From Mobula hypostoma (lineage: Eukaryota), in NCBI RefSeq assembly GCF_963921235.1, contig NC_086107.1:103666001-103730000 (forward strand): DNA of 64,000 nucleotides, read 5' to 3'. Positions 27,701 through 41,000 of the stretch are shown in pieces (position 1 is the first letter of the stretch; the number at the start of each line of letters is the position of its first letter). Both the position numbers and the translations under genes were made by a program. Below the pieces are notes generated by a model. It made no database searches. It saw only the letters and a program-made list of their open reading frames with translations, and was not told where the DNA came from.

Positions 27701-28392
27701 GTGGACAGGAGACCTGTCTGGAGATGGAGACAGTAGACAGGAGACCTGTCTGGAGACAAAGACAGTAGACAGGAGACCTGTCTGGAGACAAAGACAGTGG
27801 ACAGGAGACCTGTCTGGAGATGAAGACAGTGGACAGGAGACCTGTCTGGAGATGAAGGCAGTGGAGAATAGCTCCATATGGAGATGGAGATGGTGGACAG
27901 GAGCCCCGTCTTGAGACTGAGACAGTGAGCAGGATTCCTGTCTGTAGATGGAGACTGTGGTCAGGAGCCCCATCTGGAGATGGGGTCTGTGGACAGAATT
28001 CCCTGCTGGAGACTAAGACGGTAGATAGGAGCTCCATCTGGAGATGGAGATGGTGGTCTGGACACTGTCTGGAGACCAAGATGGTAGACAGGAGCTCTGT
28101 CTGGAGATGGAGATGGTGGACAGGAGCCCTGTCATGTGACAGAGACAGTGGACAGGAGCTTCATCTGGAGATGGAGAGGGTGGACAGGAAACATGTCTAG
28201 AGACCAAGACAGTGGACAGGCACTCCCTCTGGAAATGGAGATGGTGATCAGGACCCTGTCTGCAGACCAAGATGGTGGACAGGTGCTCTGCCTGGAGATG
28301 GAGAGGGTGGACAGGACCATGTCTGGAGACAGAGACAGTGGACAGGTACTCCGCCTGGAGATGGAGATGGTGATCAGGCAGGACCCTGTCTG
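24738..28392. repeat. 32-bp minisatellite (GACAGTRGACAGGAGACCTGTCTGGAGAYRRA) with higher-order repeats
   Basis: Roughly 110 units; identical ORF translations recur at offsets of 384 and 608 nt. Confidence 0.97.
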
Positions 28393-28589
28393 CTAAACAG
28401 CAGCTATGCCTGAAGATAGAGATGGTCTATCTGGGCCAAAGATGATGAACAAGAGCTTCAGTATCTCCCAGACCTGCCTGAGCACGAGCTGGGATTCGTG
28501 ATTCAGTGGCATTGTTCTCCTCGGATTCAGACTCAGATTTATTTTTCACATGTACATTGAAACGTACAGTGAAATATGGTCATTTTGTA

Positions 28590-29022
28590 GTAAGACCATC
28601 AGCCACAGGAGCTGAATTAGGCCATTTGGCCGATCGAACCTGCTCCATCATTTCATCACAGCTGATCCAACTCCCTCTCGACCCCATCCTCCGCCTTCTC
28701 CCTGTAACCTTTCACTCCCTGACTAATCAAGAACATATCAACCTCCGCCTTAAATACACCCAATGACCTGGCCTCCACAGCCATCTGCGGCAGTGAATTC
28801 TGCTGATTCACCACCCTCTGGCTAAAGCAATTCCTCTTCATCTCTATTCTGAATGGTCATCCCTCTATTCTGAGGCTGTGTCCTCTGGTCACCGAAGGAA
28901 ACAACCCCTCCACATCCACTTGATCTAGGCCTTTCAATATTTGTCGGCACATCCTTGCTTAAACAAGGGGCCCAAAACTGCTCGCAATACTCCAAGTGAG
29001 GCCTCACTAGTGCCCCATAACA
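28590..29022 (-). mobile_element. CR1 3' fragment
   Basis: FSQRVVN...LPQMAVEARSLGVFKAEVD motif. Confidence 0.8.
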
Positions 29023-30464
29023 CCGCAGCCAGCAACTAACGCAAATTAAGGGTGTGCTGGAGGCAGGATGCAAGTGTCTCCATATGTTCTGGTGCAAACA
29101 TAGCATGACCAGAGTGATCAGCAAAACAACAGCACCAATACAAGCCTCTGTCCTCCCTCCCATCCATCCACCCACTCACGCACACAGACAGTCCTCTCAT
29201 GATTCATTTTCATGCAGGCATTTACCGGAAGACAGTGAAATACAATATATTAAAAAAGCTATACACAAACAAAGATGTATAAAGAACCAATGTGCAAAAG
29301 AAGACGAATTGTGGAAATTTTAAAAACATAACTCTGAGAACGCGAGTTGTCAAGTCCTTGGAAGTGAGTCCGTGGATTGTAGAATCAGTTCAGAGTTGAG
29401 GGGAGTCAAGCTATCCCCTTTGTTCAGGGACCTCATGGTCAAAGGGTAATAACTGTTCCTGAACCTGGTGGTGTTCTTTATCTATCTTTCTATCTATTTG
29501 TTTGTTTATTTATTTATTGAGTTACAGCACGGAATAGGCCCTTCGAGCCGCGCTGCCCAGCAACCCCTGATTTAACCCTAGCCAAATCCCAGGACGATTT
29601 ACAATGACCAATTAACCTCCCAACCGGTACGCCTTTGGACTGTGGGAGGAAACCGGAGCACCCGGGGGAAACCCACGCGGTCACGGGCAGAACGTACAAA
29701 CTCCTTACAGGCAGTGGCCGGAATCGAACCTGGGTCACTGGTACCGTAGAGCGTTGTGCTACCGTGGCGTGGGACCTAAGGCTCCTGTACCTTCCAGAAG
29801 GCAGCAGTAAGAACAGAGCACGGCCTGGAGGGTGGGGGGTCGTTGATGGTGGGCGTTGCTTTCTTGTGGCAGCGCTGCATGTAGACGGGCTCAGCGTTTA
29901 CCTGTAGCATCCCGAGGAGGCAGGTATATGACTCTCCCCCTTCCCCCCGTCTGTATGGATTCCTCTCCATTCTTTCACAATAGAAGAGCTGTGTGGTCAT
30001 TTCCATCCTGCCTGTCGTGTCTGCTCTGTAAGAATTACGGTAGACGTTGATGAGAAGCAGCTGTAGCACTGGAGTGAAATTACCAGGAGAGTCTGAGTCA
30101 GTATCGCTCGCCTGACTCACCCAGTGCCCTTATCGCTGACTGCAATCCTTTGAGACTCCAATGGGTGACTTCATGTCCGTTGTTATTGGCGAGGGGGTGT
30201 AAGGAAAAAAAATCTCATTACCTTCAAGGAATAAGTTAGGAAATTCTGGGAAAGAGCTTCAGTCTCCGTTGCCCCTTTCACTTGCAATTTTACTAAATGG
30301 TTACGTAACATAAGGAGCTGCAATTAATTATCTGGACAATTACTGGAAGTATTTATTGTGTTTGTATCTTGCATCAAGTTAGAATGACCAGTCTAAATGC
30401 AAATATGATACATTCAGCATTGAGACTCCACTATTGGTGTTGACTCCATCACATAAGTACCACT

Positions 30465-30930
30465 ATAAAGAAAGCACGGCAACGCCTCGACTTTCTTAGA
30501 AGCTTGTGAAGATTTGGCAAGTTTATGAACTTTGACAAACTTCTATAGATGTGTGGTGGAGATATTACTGACTGGGTGCATCCCAGCCTGGTATGCCCTT
30601 GAACGGAAAATGCTACAAAAAGTAATGGAGACAGCCCAGTCCATCACAGGTGAAGCCCTCCCCACCATTGCGCACCTCTACAAGGAGCGCTGTCGCAGGA
30701 AGGCAGCATCCATCGTAAAGGATTCCCACCGTCCAGGCTGTGCTCACAGCTGCCATCGGGAAAGAGGTACAGGAGCCTTAAATCCCACACCACCAGGTTC
30801 GAAAAGAGTTATTACTTCTCAGCTATCAGGCTCCTGAACCAATGTGAATAACTTCACCCACTTCAACTCTGAACTGATTTCACAATCTATGGGATCACTT
30901 TCAAGGATTCTGCAACCCATGTTCTTAATA
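30465..30930 (+). mobile_element. Rex1-type LINE 3' fragment
   Basis: TNFYRCVVE.LLTGCI.AWY...KAASIVKD.H.PG motif. Confidence 0.75.
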
Positions 30931-31698
30931 TTTATCCATTTCTGCATGAATGTATGTATGTATCTATCTATTTGTTTATTTAGTTTTTGTTTCTTTTTGC
31001 ACAAGTTGCACGATAGTGGGCACGTGGCCAAGTGGTTGAGGCGTTCGTCTAGTGATCTGAAGGTCGCTGGTTCGAGCCTCAGCTGTGACAGCGTGTTTGT
31101 GCCCTTGAACAAGACACTTAATCACACATTGCTCTAGTCTGTGCGAGGAGTGGCGTCCCACACAGACTTCCAATCTGCGCTTTGTAAGGCATGAAAATGC
31201 CCGACGCAGGCCCCTCATGGTCTGAGTCGACGTTCCCCCCTCCTCCCTGTTTATTTAGTTTTTGTTTCTTGTTGTATTCGCACAATTTTATTGGCTTGCG
31301 CACATTGGTTGGCTGTCTTTGTGTGCAGTTTTTCATTGATTCTATTGTGTGTCTTCAAATTTACTGTGAATGCCCACAAGAAAATGAATCTCAGGAAAGC
31401 AGTATCCACCATCCAGGCCGTGCTCTCTTCTCACTGCATCTGTCAGGAAGGAGGTACCGAACCCTGCTATAGAAGCTATTACCCCCTCAAACATCAGGCC
31501 CCAATCACCACTACTCTGAACTCATTCTACAATGTACAGTCACTTTCAAAGACTCTTTACAAATAATGTTCTCAGTATTATTTTCTATTTGCAGAGTCTG
31601 TCTTCCTTTGCTTGTTTTTTTTTTGTAAAATCTATCATATTACAAAGGAGTCAGATGGAAGGAAAAAACCTCGGGAATGACTATGACCTCTGGTTATT

Positions 31699-32679
31699 CG
31701 CTCCATAGCCACTTTATTAGGTAGACTTGTACATCTCCTCTTTAATGCAAATATCTATCATTCAAGCACGCAGCAGCAACTCAACGCATAAAAGCACGCA
31801 GGCATGGTCAAAAGGTTCAGTTGTTGTTCAGACCAAACATCAGAATGGGGAAGAAATGTGATCTAAGTGACTTTGACTGTGCTGGCGCCAGATGAGGTGG
31901 TTTGAGTATCTCAGAGATTGTCAGGAAATGTAGAGGGGCTTGACTCAAAAGCAGAGCAGCGGAGATGACTCAGCGATGAACGACAACTTTGACAGTAGAC
32001 CACAAAATGATGAGCCGCAAGGGGCCATGAAACAAGAGAGAAGAGAAACTGAACACAGCAGCAGGCAACGAGGTAAACTTTGGACAGGGAGAGCGAAGGT
32101 TAAGAGCGACTGGGTGGGGCTGGCTGGTTCGATGGGTGGACAAGAGCTGCGTTTAAACAGGCTGCCGTTGATGTGTTAGGAATGAGTGGCAGGTGACTGT
32201 TATCAGTTGGGTGGGGATGAGAGGCGCCTGAATGTGCAGGACAGGCAGAAGATGGTGATCTTCTGGGATTTTTACTCATAACAGTCTCTAGAGTTTACAG
32301 AGAATAGTGTGGGAAAACAAAAAAAAATGTCCAGTGAGTGGCAGTTCTGTGGGTGAAAACATCTTAGATTATGAGAACACTCAGTCCTCTTTTATTGTCA
32401 CTTAGAAATGCATACATGCATTAAGAAATGATACAATGTTTTTAAGGTTTTGTTAATGAGAGAGGTCAGGGGAGAATGGCCAGACTGACTCAAGCTGGCA
32501 GGAAGGTAAAAGTAACTCAAATAACCACACGTTACAACACTGGTGTGCAGAAGAGTATCTCTGAACGCACAACTTGTTGAACCTTGAAGGGGACAGTCTA
32601 CAGCAACAGAAGACCACGGGCATGTACACAGTGGCCACTTCACTATGTACACAAGGTACCTAATAAAGTGGCCACTGTG
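31699..32679 (+). mobile_element. Internally deleted Tc1-like element (second copy) with nested insertions
   Basis: Same TIRs (gccactttattagg...cctaataaagtggccactg) and HTH remnant. Confidence 0.75.
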
Positions 32680-33611
32680 TATATTCTGCACCTCTGACAT
32701 AAACCGAGAGTAACTGCATTTATTCCCTTTTAAGGTAAGACTGATCCAAGTTGCTGGTGTGTGAGGAACTGAGTGCATACTGTTCAATGCCAATGAAACA
32801 TTCTTATCTCTATAAAGCATGCGCTGTTGACCAGTGACTCCAGTTACTTGCTGTGAGACAGCAACCAATGCGGACAAGCTTGGCTACAGAGGATATTACA
32901 AAGAGGAGGCAATATGATGGCAGAATTAGCTTAACATATTACATTGTAAATGCACGCTTGTTTTTATGTATTTTTGCACATTTTATTCCATATCCATACT
33001 TTAGCCTCTAACTTTAAATAGCCTCTGACAACCAAGTCCAGCTCCTGGCCTTCACGTGTGGCTTAGCTACTAAGCTTGGCAGAACCGTTTCCACTGACAG
33101 GAGAAGAGACAGAAGTGGGTTTCTGACACCTTAAAACAAGTCGCTTTGGACAGACAGGGCTCGTCAGCTACGGTTGGCAACTCACTTCGGAGGAGGAAAA
33201 CTCTGATCTCAAACCCCTACTCCCTTGTGGCAATACCCACTCATAGTGAATGCTTCAGGAGTAAACCCCAAGGGTAAAATCCGGAGCTGGGGTCCCTAAG
33301 GCAGTCCTACGTTGAGTTCAACGCCGTCTGGCAACTCCTGCGACGCCGCTGGTACCAAACTGTATCGGTCTCTGCCGTTCCTTTGGGTTCATCAGATGTG
33401 TGGAGAGGGGGAGCCTGCTATTTGGGCAACAGCTCACTCTCCATATCGTACTGCCCAGGCTTGTGAACCTAGACAGCTAGGACACAACATCCATGTTCGA
33501 CGCTGACCGACAGAGGCCTCGATATTGTCGGGCATGAATACTGAAATAAAGGGATGACAATGAATATGTATTACTGAGAATGTTGTGTACAGGACTGTGT
33601 CCACAGATGCT

Positions 33612-33794
33612 TAAAAGTTGCTGGTGAACGCAGCAGGCCAGGCAACATCTCTAGGAAGAGGTACGGTCAAGGTTTCGGGCCGAGACCCTTCTTCAGGACT
33701 TCGTTAGTCCTGACAAAGGGTCTCGGCCCGAGACGGCGACTGTACCTCTTCCTAGAGATGCTGCCTGGCCTGCTGCATTCACTAGCAACTTTTA
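33612..33794. repeat. Long inverted repeat made of two opposed Penelope terminal segments
   Basis: About 89-nt arms around the 5-nt loop tcgtt (33701-33705). Confidence 0.9.
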
Positions 33795-35579
33795 GGTGTG
33801 TTGCCTGAAATTCCAGCATCTGCAGATTTCCTCTTGTCCACAGATGCTGCCTGGTCTGCTGCCTCCTCCAGCATTTTGCGTGTGTTGCTCTGGATTTCCA
33901 GTATCTGCAGAATCCCTTGTGTTCATGATTAACCTTATCCATCAATGTCCCCTGTTGAGAAAGATCACTGGATGGTGATAACCACCAGAGACTAAAGCTC
34001 TTCAAGACTGAGTGAGGGGAGTTGTTGCTTGGAAAGGGCCTCTTGGTGGGCTGCTTGGTGGGCCTCTTGGTGAGCCTCTTGATAAGGTACAGGAGAGGGA
34101 CAAACGTCTGGATGAGTGTGGAGAATATCTTAGATCAGTATGGATATTGGTGGCAATGGGAAAGAAAACCTTCCAAACAGCAACGACTTGGTAAAACAAA
34201 CAACAGGTAGAATAATTTTTAAAAACTATAAACCATTAATTATAAACTTCTGGTTTGAAGTGTTACAGTTTTGAACTTTACTTGTGTGTGGGATTTAAAA
34301 AAAAAATCTTCACAGCGAAGAAGCATTGGACCGTACGAGAAGCTAAACACAGACGCACAACCATGTGGCACCTTTGTAATGATAACGTGTCTGAGTGGCT
34401 GCATGCACAAATAGCGAGGGCACAGAAGGAGATTCCAGAGTCAGTTAGCCTTGTTTCTTAGAGCACTATTTAAAAGCGTCTTTACGCTAGTTCAGCTGAT
34501 CCATTAGAGGCCCTTTGTGAAGTACAAGGGGGCCTGTATAAATGTTGCTCGGAGCTGAAAGAGACAAGAGGGGAGCGACAGCCAGCAGCTGCTTGCCAGA
34601 GCAAGAGGTCTTGCGGGCTGCCAGTACTATGAAAAGTTCTGCACCTGCTGGTCCCTACGGGAACCGGCGGCACAATTCCCGGCAGCAAGCTGCAGACTCA
34701 CATTCAGAAGTAAATTGCAGGAACCCTGAAGAATGGAGCAAAGAAAAACAGGCCAAAGGCTGACGTGGTTGCCTAGCAACGGAAAAAGACAAGTTTGGAT
34801 CTTGGCAGGGGGCACATTAATACTGCTTCACGATCATTTAAAATGTATAATAAAAGCTGAATGCAATTAACCTAAAACCCCATAATTTTATTTTATGTGT
34901 TTGTGTACAGATCCAATAAACCTTTAACTTATAGGTATGATCTGGGTATAAATGGCAGGCCTGGTGCTTAATACTCATTCCTAATTCTATCAGAAGATGA
35001 TAGACAGGAGTCCAGGTAAAGATCTGATGAAATGTAGTTGGGTAGGAAGTTCCTGGATTTGGAACCAGTGCTAACGAGGGAATGGTTACGGACCCCCAAC
35101 TAAGGAAGGTGTGTGTTTGGAAGGGGATTCTGCGGCCACAGATCACCTGGCCTTGTCCGCCTTGGAGGCAGACGCCGCACAGGGCCGACTGGATTGTTAC
35201 GATCGTGACGTGCTTTGTGTGTGGTGGAAAAGCTTTGGGGAGTCAGAGGTCAGTCATTGACCACAGGATATCCGGGCTGTGGTCTGCCCCTGCAGCCACC
35301 GTGTTTAGGCGATCGGTCCTGTTGTTTTCTGGTCAGCCGTGACCTCCTGCCACTCAGTATATTTATAGTGGGAGCCCAGCACTGGTAATATGTTGACTAT
35401 CAAGGATGAAGGATGAACTTTTCTTGCCCTATATATTTGTATCGACGAAGAAATTTCTGTGGAGTGTTGGCACAACACACAATTAAAAAATGACAATATT
35501 CAATTATACAGGAATATATAAAAATAAGATAGAAGCATGGATATGGAATAAAATGTGCATAAATATCAGCATGAATTTA

Positions 35580-36432
35580 CAGATTAGGAGAATGGGCAAA
35601 GAAGTGGCAAATGGATTACAGTGTTGGGAAGTCTATGGTCATGCACTTTGGCTGAAGAAATAAAAGCACAGACTATTTTTTAAACGGGGAGAAAATTCAA
35701 AAATTCGAGGTGCAAGTGGACTCGGGAGTCCTCATGCAGGATACCCTGAAGGTTAACCAGCAGATTGAGTCGGAGGTGAGGAAAGCCAATACAATGTTGG
35801 CATTCATTTTGAGAGGACTAGAACATAAAAGCAAGGATGTAATGTTGGGGCTTTATAAAGAACTGGTGAGGCCTCACTTGAAATAGTGTGATGAGCAGTT
35901 TTAGGCCCCTAATCTAAGTAAGGATGTGCTGACATTGAAGAGGTTCAGAGGAAGTTCACAAAATGATTCCAGGAATGAAAGGGTTAACATATTTGGAGCG
36001 TTTAATGGCTCTAGGCCTGTACTTGCTGGAAATTAGAAGAACGAGGGATGACCTCTTTAAAACAGATCGATCTTTGAAAGGCCTAAATAGAGTGGATGTG
36101 TAGAGGATGTTTCCTGTGGTGGGGGAGTCGAGGACCAGAGGGAACAACCTCAGAATAGAGGGATGTCCATTTAGAACTCAGATGTGGAGGAATTTTTTTC
36201 AGCCAGATGGTGGTGAATTTGTGGAATTCATTGTCACAGGCGGCTGTGGAGGCCAGGTCATTGGGTGTATCTAAGGCGGCGGTTGATAGATTCTTGATTA
36301 GTCAGGCCGTGAAATGTTCCGGGGAGACGGCAGGAGATTGAGGTTGAGAAGGAAATGGATCAGCCATGGTGAAGTAGCAGTACAGACTCGATGGGCCAAA
36401 TGGCCTAATTCTGCTCCTATGTCTTACGATCT
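35580..36432 (+). mobile_element. Degraded CR1 3' fragment
   Basis: Homologous to the RT C-terminus and 3'UTR of the other CR1 copies; multiple stops. Confidence 0.85.
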
Positions 36433-37667
36433 TATGTAAAGCGAATTATAAAAAAGTTATTTAAAGTCTTAACAGTGCAGGGCAGCGACTGAGGTACTAA
36501 ATAGAGGGCAACAGATGGACCGAGAGTCAATGGTGAAACTCTCTCTGGTTCGAGAATGACACTGCTTGGCTCTACTGGGACACAGAGGTCTCCATCGCCT
36601 CGGCAACTCATGCCTAAATATTGTTGAGGTCTTGCTGTAAGCAGGCATGGATAATGGATCATTGCCCGAGGAGTTGTAAGCAGAATTGAATGGGAAATGT
36701 TTCAATGCCCAATAAATAAATGGAAAAGCATTTAATAGAGTGGAGGAGCAAAACAAGCTTGGAGAGTATGTCCTTAGATCCTTAAAGGTAACAGGATAAG
36801 GTGGGTAGGAAGCTACGCTGTTATTAGGTGAAGCCTAGTTTATAAAATCAGGAAGATTGTGCTCACATTGTATGCTAGTCAGGGCACAACTTGTGATTTA
36901 TGTTCAGTTCCAGCCAGCACATTATAGGAAAGACACCATTGCACTGGAGAGGGTGCAGAGGAGGTTTACAAGGATGTTGGCAGAATTGGAAAAGTGTAAC
37001 TATCAGGGAAGGTTAGATAAACTAGACTTGCTTGATCTAGGATGGAGACTGACAGGCATATAAAGGGGAATTGTGGCAGGGCACCAAAACACTCATATGA
37101 ATATTGTAAAGCTACTGTCAAAGCCTCAGCCTGGGCCATTTTACATTCAAGCCTAGCAATTTATCCATTTTAAAAGATGGGTTCCCCCCCACCCCCGTAT
37201 TTTTAATCCCTCCCGATGTTTAGACGATTTAAATGCTGGGCTAGAGTGAAAAGGCAGGGTGTGGGATCTCAGGCGAGGGTCGGGACGGTTCTGCTCACTG
37301 CTGTGTGACGTTTACTCGGCTCTGCACTGAACTGTGGCTGTGGCCTGCTCTGGGCTTCATGTCTGTGGACTCACTTTCATTCTGAATGCTGCTTGTTTAC
37401 TTTTATTGTTTGCACCATTTGTCTTTTTCTCTCTCTGCACATTGAGTGTTTGACCATCTTCTTATTGTTGATGGGATCTTTTGGGTTTCTTTGTTTTGTG
37501 ACTGCTTGCAAGCACACAAATCTCAAGTTAGTATAATGTATACATACTTCTATAATAAATGAACTTCGAATTTTCCTAATACTTCACGTTCCTGTTACCG
37601 TAATCTCCAATTTAATTGTAAAGATAGTTGACAATTATTCACCAAGAGCCTTAAAGCTACAAAATTT

Positions 37668-38015
37668 TAAGACACAGGAGCAGAATTAGGCCATTCAGCC
37701 CATTGAGTCTGCTCTGCCATTTGATCATGGTGATTTAATTTCCCTCAACCCCGTTCTTCTGCCTTTTTTCCATAACCTTTGACACCCTTATGATGAACTT
37801 AGCAACCTCTGTTTTCAATGTACCTAATGACTTGGCCCACAGCCACCTGTGGCAATGAATTCCACAGACTCACCACCTTCTGGCTAAAGAAATTCTTTCT
37901 CATCTCTGTTCTAAATAGATTCTATTCTAAGGCTGTGCCCTCTGGTCCTAGACTCCCCCACTACTGCAAACATTCTCTCCATTTCCATTCTACCTAGACC
38001 TTCTAATAGTTGGTA
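37668..38015 (-). mobile_element. CR1 3' fragment
   Basis: Typical CR1 3'UTR sequence on the minus strand. Confidence 0.8.
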
Positions 38016-38050
38016 GGCCCAAGTAATATGGAGATTGGGAGGCATAACCC

Positions 38051-41000
38051 ACCATAAGACCATAAGACCATAAGACAAAGGAGCAGAAGTAGGCCATTCG
38101 GCCCATCAAGTCTGCTCCACCATTTTATCATGAGCTGATCCATTTTCTCCTATTTAGTCCCACTCCCCTGCCTTCTCACCATAACCTTTGATACCCTGGC
38201 TACTCAGATACCTATCAATCTCTGCCTTAAATACACCCAATGACTTGGCCTCCACTGCTGCCCGTGGCAACAAATTCCATAGATTCACCACCCTCTGATT
38301 AAAAAAATTTCTTCGCATTTCTGTTCTGAAAGGGCGCCCTTCAATCCTTAAGTCATGCCCTCTTGTACTAGACTCCCCCATCATGGGAAACAACTTTGCC
38401 ACATCCACTCTGTCCATGCCTTTTAACATTCGAAATGTTTCTATGAGGTCTCCTCTCATTCTTCTAAACTCCAAGGAATACAGTCCAAGAGCGGACAAAC
38501 GTTCCTCATATGTTAACCCTCTCATTCCCGGAATCATTCTAGTGAATCTTCTCTGTACCCTCTCCAACGTCAGCATATCCTTTCTTAAATAAGGAGACCA
38601 AAACTGCCCACAGTACTCCAAGTGAGGTCTCACCAACGCCTTATAGAGCCTCAACATCACATCCCTGCTCCTATACTCTATTCCTCTAGAAATGAATGCC
38701 AACATTGCATTCGCCTTCTTCACTACTGACTCAACCTGGTTAACTTTAAGGGTATCCTGTATGAGGACTCCCAAGTCCCGTTGCATCTCAGAACTTTGAA
38801 TTCTTTCCCCATTTAAATAATAGTCTGCCGGTTTATTTTTTCTGCCAAAGTGCATAACCATACACTTTCCAACATTGTACTTCATTTGCCACTTCTCTGC
38901 CCATTCTTCCAATCTATCCAAGTCTCTCTGCAGACTCTCCGTTTCCTCAGCACTACCGGCCCCTCCACCTATCTTCGTATCGTCAGCAAACTTAGCCACA
39001 AAGCCATTTGTTCCATAATCTAAATCGTTGATGTACAATGTAAAAAGAAGCGGCCCCATCACTGATCCCTGCGGAACACCACTGGTAACCGGCAGCCAAC
39101 CAGAATAGGATCCCTTTATTCCCACTCTCTGTTTCCTGCCAATCAGCCAACGCTCTATCCACGTATGTAACTTTCCTGTAATTCCATGGGCTCTTATCTT
39201 GTTAAGTAGCCTCATGTGTGGCACCTTGTCAAAGGCCTTCTGAAAATCCAAATATACAACATCCACTGCAACTCCCTTGTCTAGCCTACTGGTAATTTCC
39301 TCAAAAAATTGTAATAGGTTTGTCAGGCAGGATTTTCCTTTAAGGAATCCATGCTGAGTTCTGCCTATCTTGTCATATGCCTCCAGGTACTCTGTAACCT
39401 CATCCTTGACAATCGACTCCAACAACTTCCCAACCACGGATGTCAAGCTAACAGGTCTATAATTTCCTTTTTGCTTCCTTGCCCCCTTCTTAAATAGCGG
39501 AGTGACATTTGCAATCTTCCAGTCCTCCGGAACCATGCCAGAATCTATCGACTTTTGAAAGATCATTGCTAATGCCTCCGCAATCTCCACAGCTACTTCC
39601 TTCAGAACATGAGGGTACATTCCATCTGGTCCAGGAGATTTATCTACCTTTAGCCTATTCAGCTTCCTGAGTACTTTCTCTGTCGTAACTGTGACTGCGC
39701 ACGCTTCTCTTCCCTGCCACCCTTGAGTGTCCGGTATACTGCTGTCTTCCTCAGTGAAGACTGATGCAAAATACTCGTTCAGTTCCTCTGCCGTCTCCTC
39801 ATCTCCCATTACAATTTCTCCAGCATCATTTTCTATCGGTCCTGTATCTACTCTCACCTGTCTTTTACTCTTTATATACTTGAAAAAGCTTTTGGTATCC
39901 TCTTCGATATTATTTGCTAGCTTCCTTTCATAGTTAATCTTTTCTCTCTTAATGACCTTCTTGGTTTCCTTTTGTAAGGTTTTAAAAACTTCCCAATCCT
40001 CTCTCTTCCCACTAATTTTTGCTTCCTTGTATGCCCTCTCCTTTGCTTTAACTTTGGCTTTGACTTCTTTTGTTAGCCACGATTGCATCCTTTTTCCACT
40101 CGAAAATTTCTTCTTTTTTGGAATATACCTGTCTTGCACATTCCTCATTTCTCGCATAAACTCCAGCCACTGCTGCTCTGCCGTCTTTCCCGCCAGGGTC
40201 TCTTTCCAGTCAACTTTGGCCAGTTCCTCTCTCATGCCACTGTAATTTCCTTTACTCCACTGAAATACCGACACATCAGATTTCGGCTTCTCTTTTTCTA
40301 ATTTCACAGTGAACTCAATCATGTTATGATCACTGACTCCTAAGGGTTCCTTCACCTCAATCTCTCCAATCACCTCCGGTTCATTACACAATACCCAATC
40401 CAGTACAGCTGATCCCCTAGTGGGCTCAACAACAAGCTGTTCTAAAAAACCATCTCGCAGACATTCTACAAATTCTCTCTCTTGAGATCCAGTGCCGACC
40501 TGATTTTCCCAATCTACTCGCATGTTAAAATCCCCCACAATTATCATAACACTGCCCTTCTGACAAGCCTTTTCTATTTCCAGTTGTAATTTGTAGTCCA
40601 CATCCCTGCAGCTGTTTGGAGGCCTATAAATAACTGCCATCAGGGTCCTTTTACCACTGCTATTCCTTAGCTCAACCCATAAAGATTCTGCACCTTCCAA
40701 TCCTATATCACCTCTTTCTAATGAATTAATTTCATTTTTTACCAATAAAGCCACGCCTCCCCCTCTGCCTACCTTCCTATCCTTCCAATACACCGTGCAT
40801 CCTTGGACGTTCAGCTCCCAGAGACATGCATCCTTTAGCCAGGTCTCAGTGATGGCCACAATATCATACCTGCCAATCTGTAGCTGTACGACAAGATCAT
40901 CCACCTTATTCCTTATGCTGCGTGCATTTAAGTACAACACCTTAAGACCAGTATTTGATATTTTTTGCTTTGATTTCACTGCAACTTCATTGCACTGCAA

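Noticed and set aside
24738..28392. CRISPR array (32-bp palindromic repeats)
   Set aside because: Units are contiguous with no unique spacers, there are no cas genes, and the context is a vertebrate intron.
24547..28396. Long repetitive ORFs (up to 465 aa)
   Set aside because: By-products of a stop-poor 32-bp repeat; the same peptides cycle through all three frames.
31021..31085. tRNA gene
   Set aside because: The tRNA-like head continues into a multi-copy SINE body, and I could not fold a complete cloverleaf.
31919..32243. Second solo LTR inside the Tc1 copy (TGTC...GACA)
   Set aside because: No matching TSD and the boundaries are uncertain.
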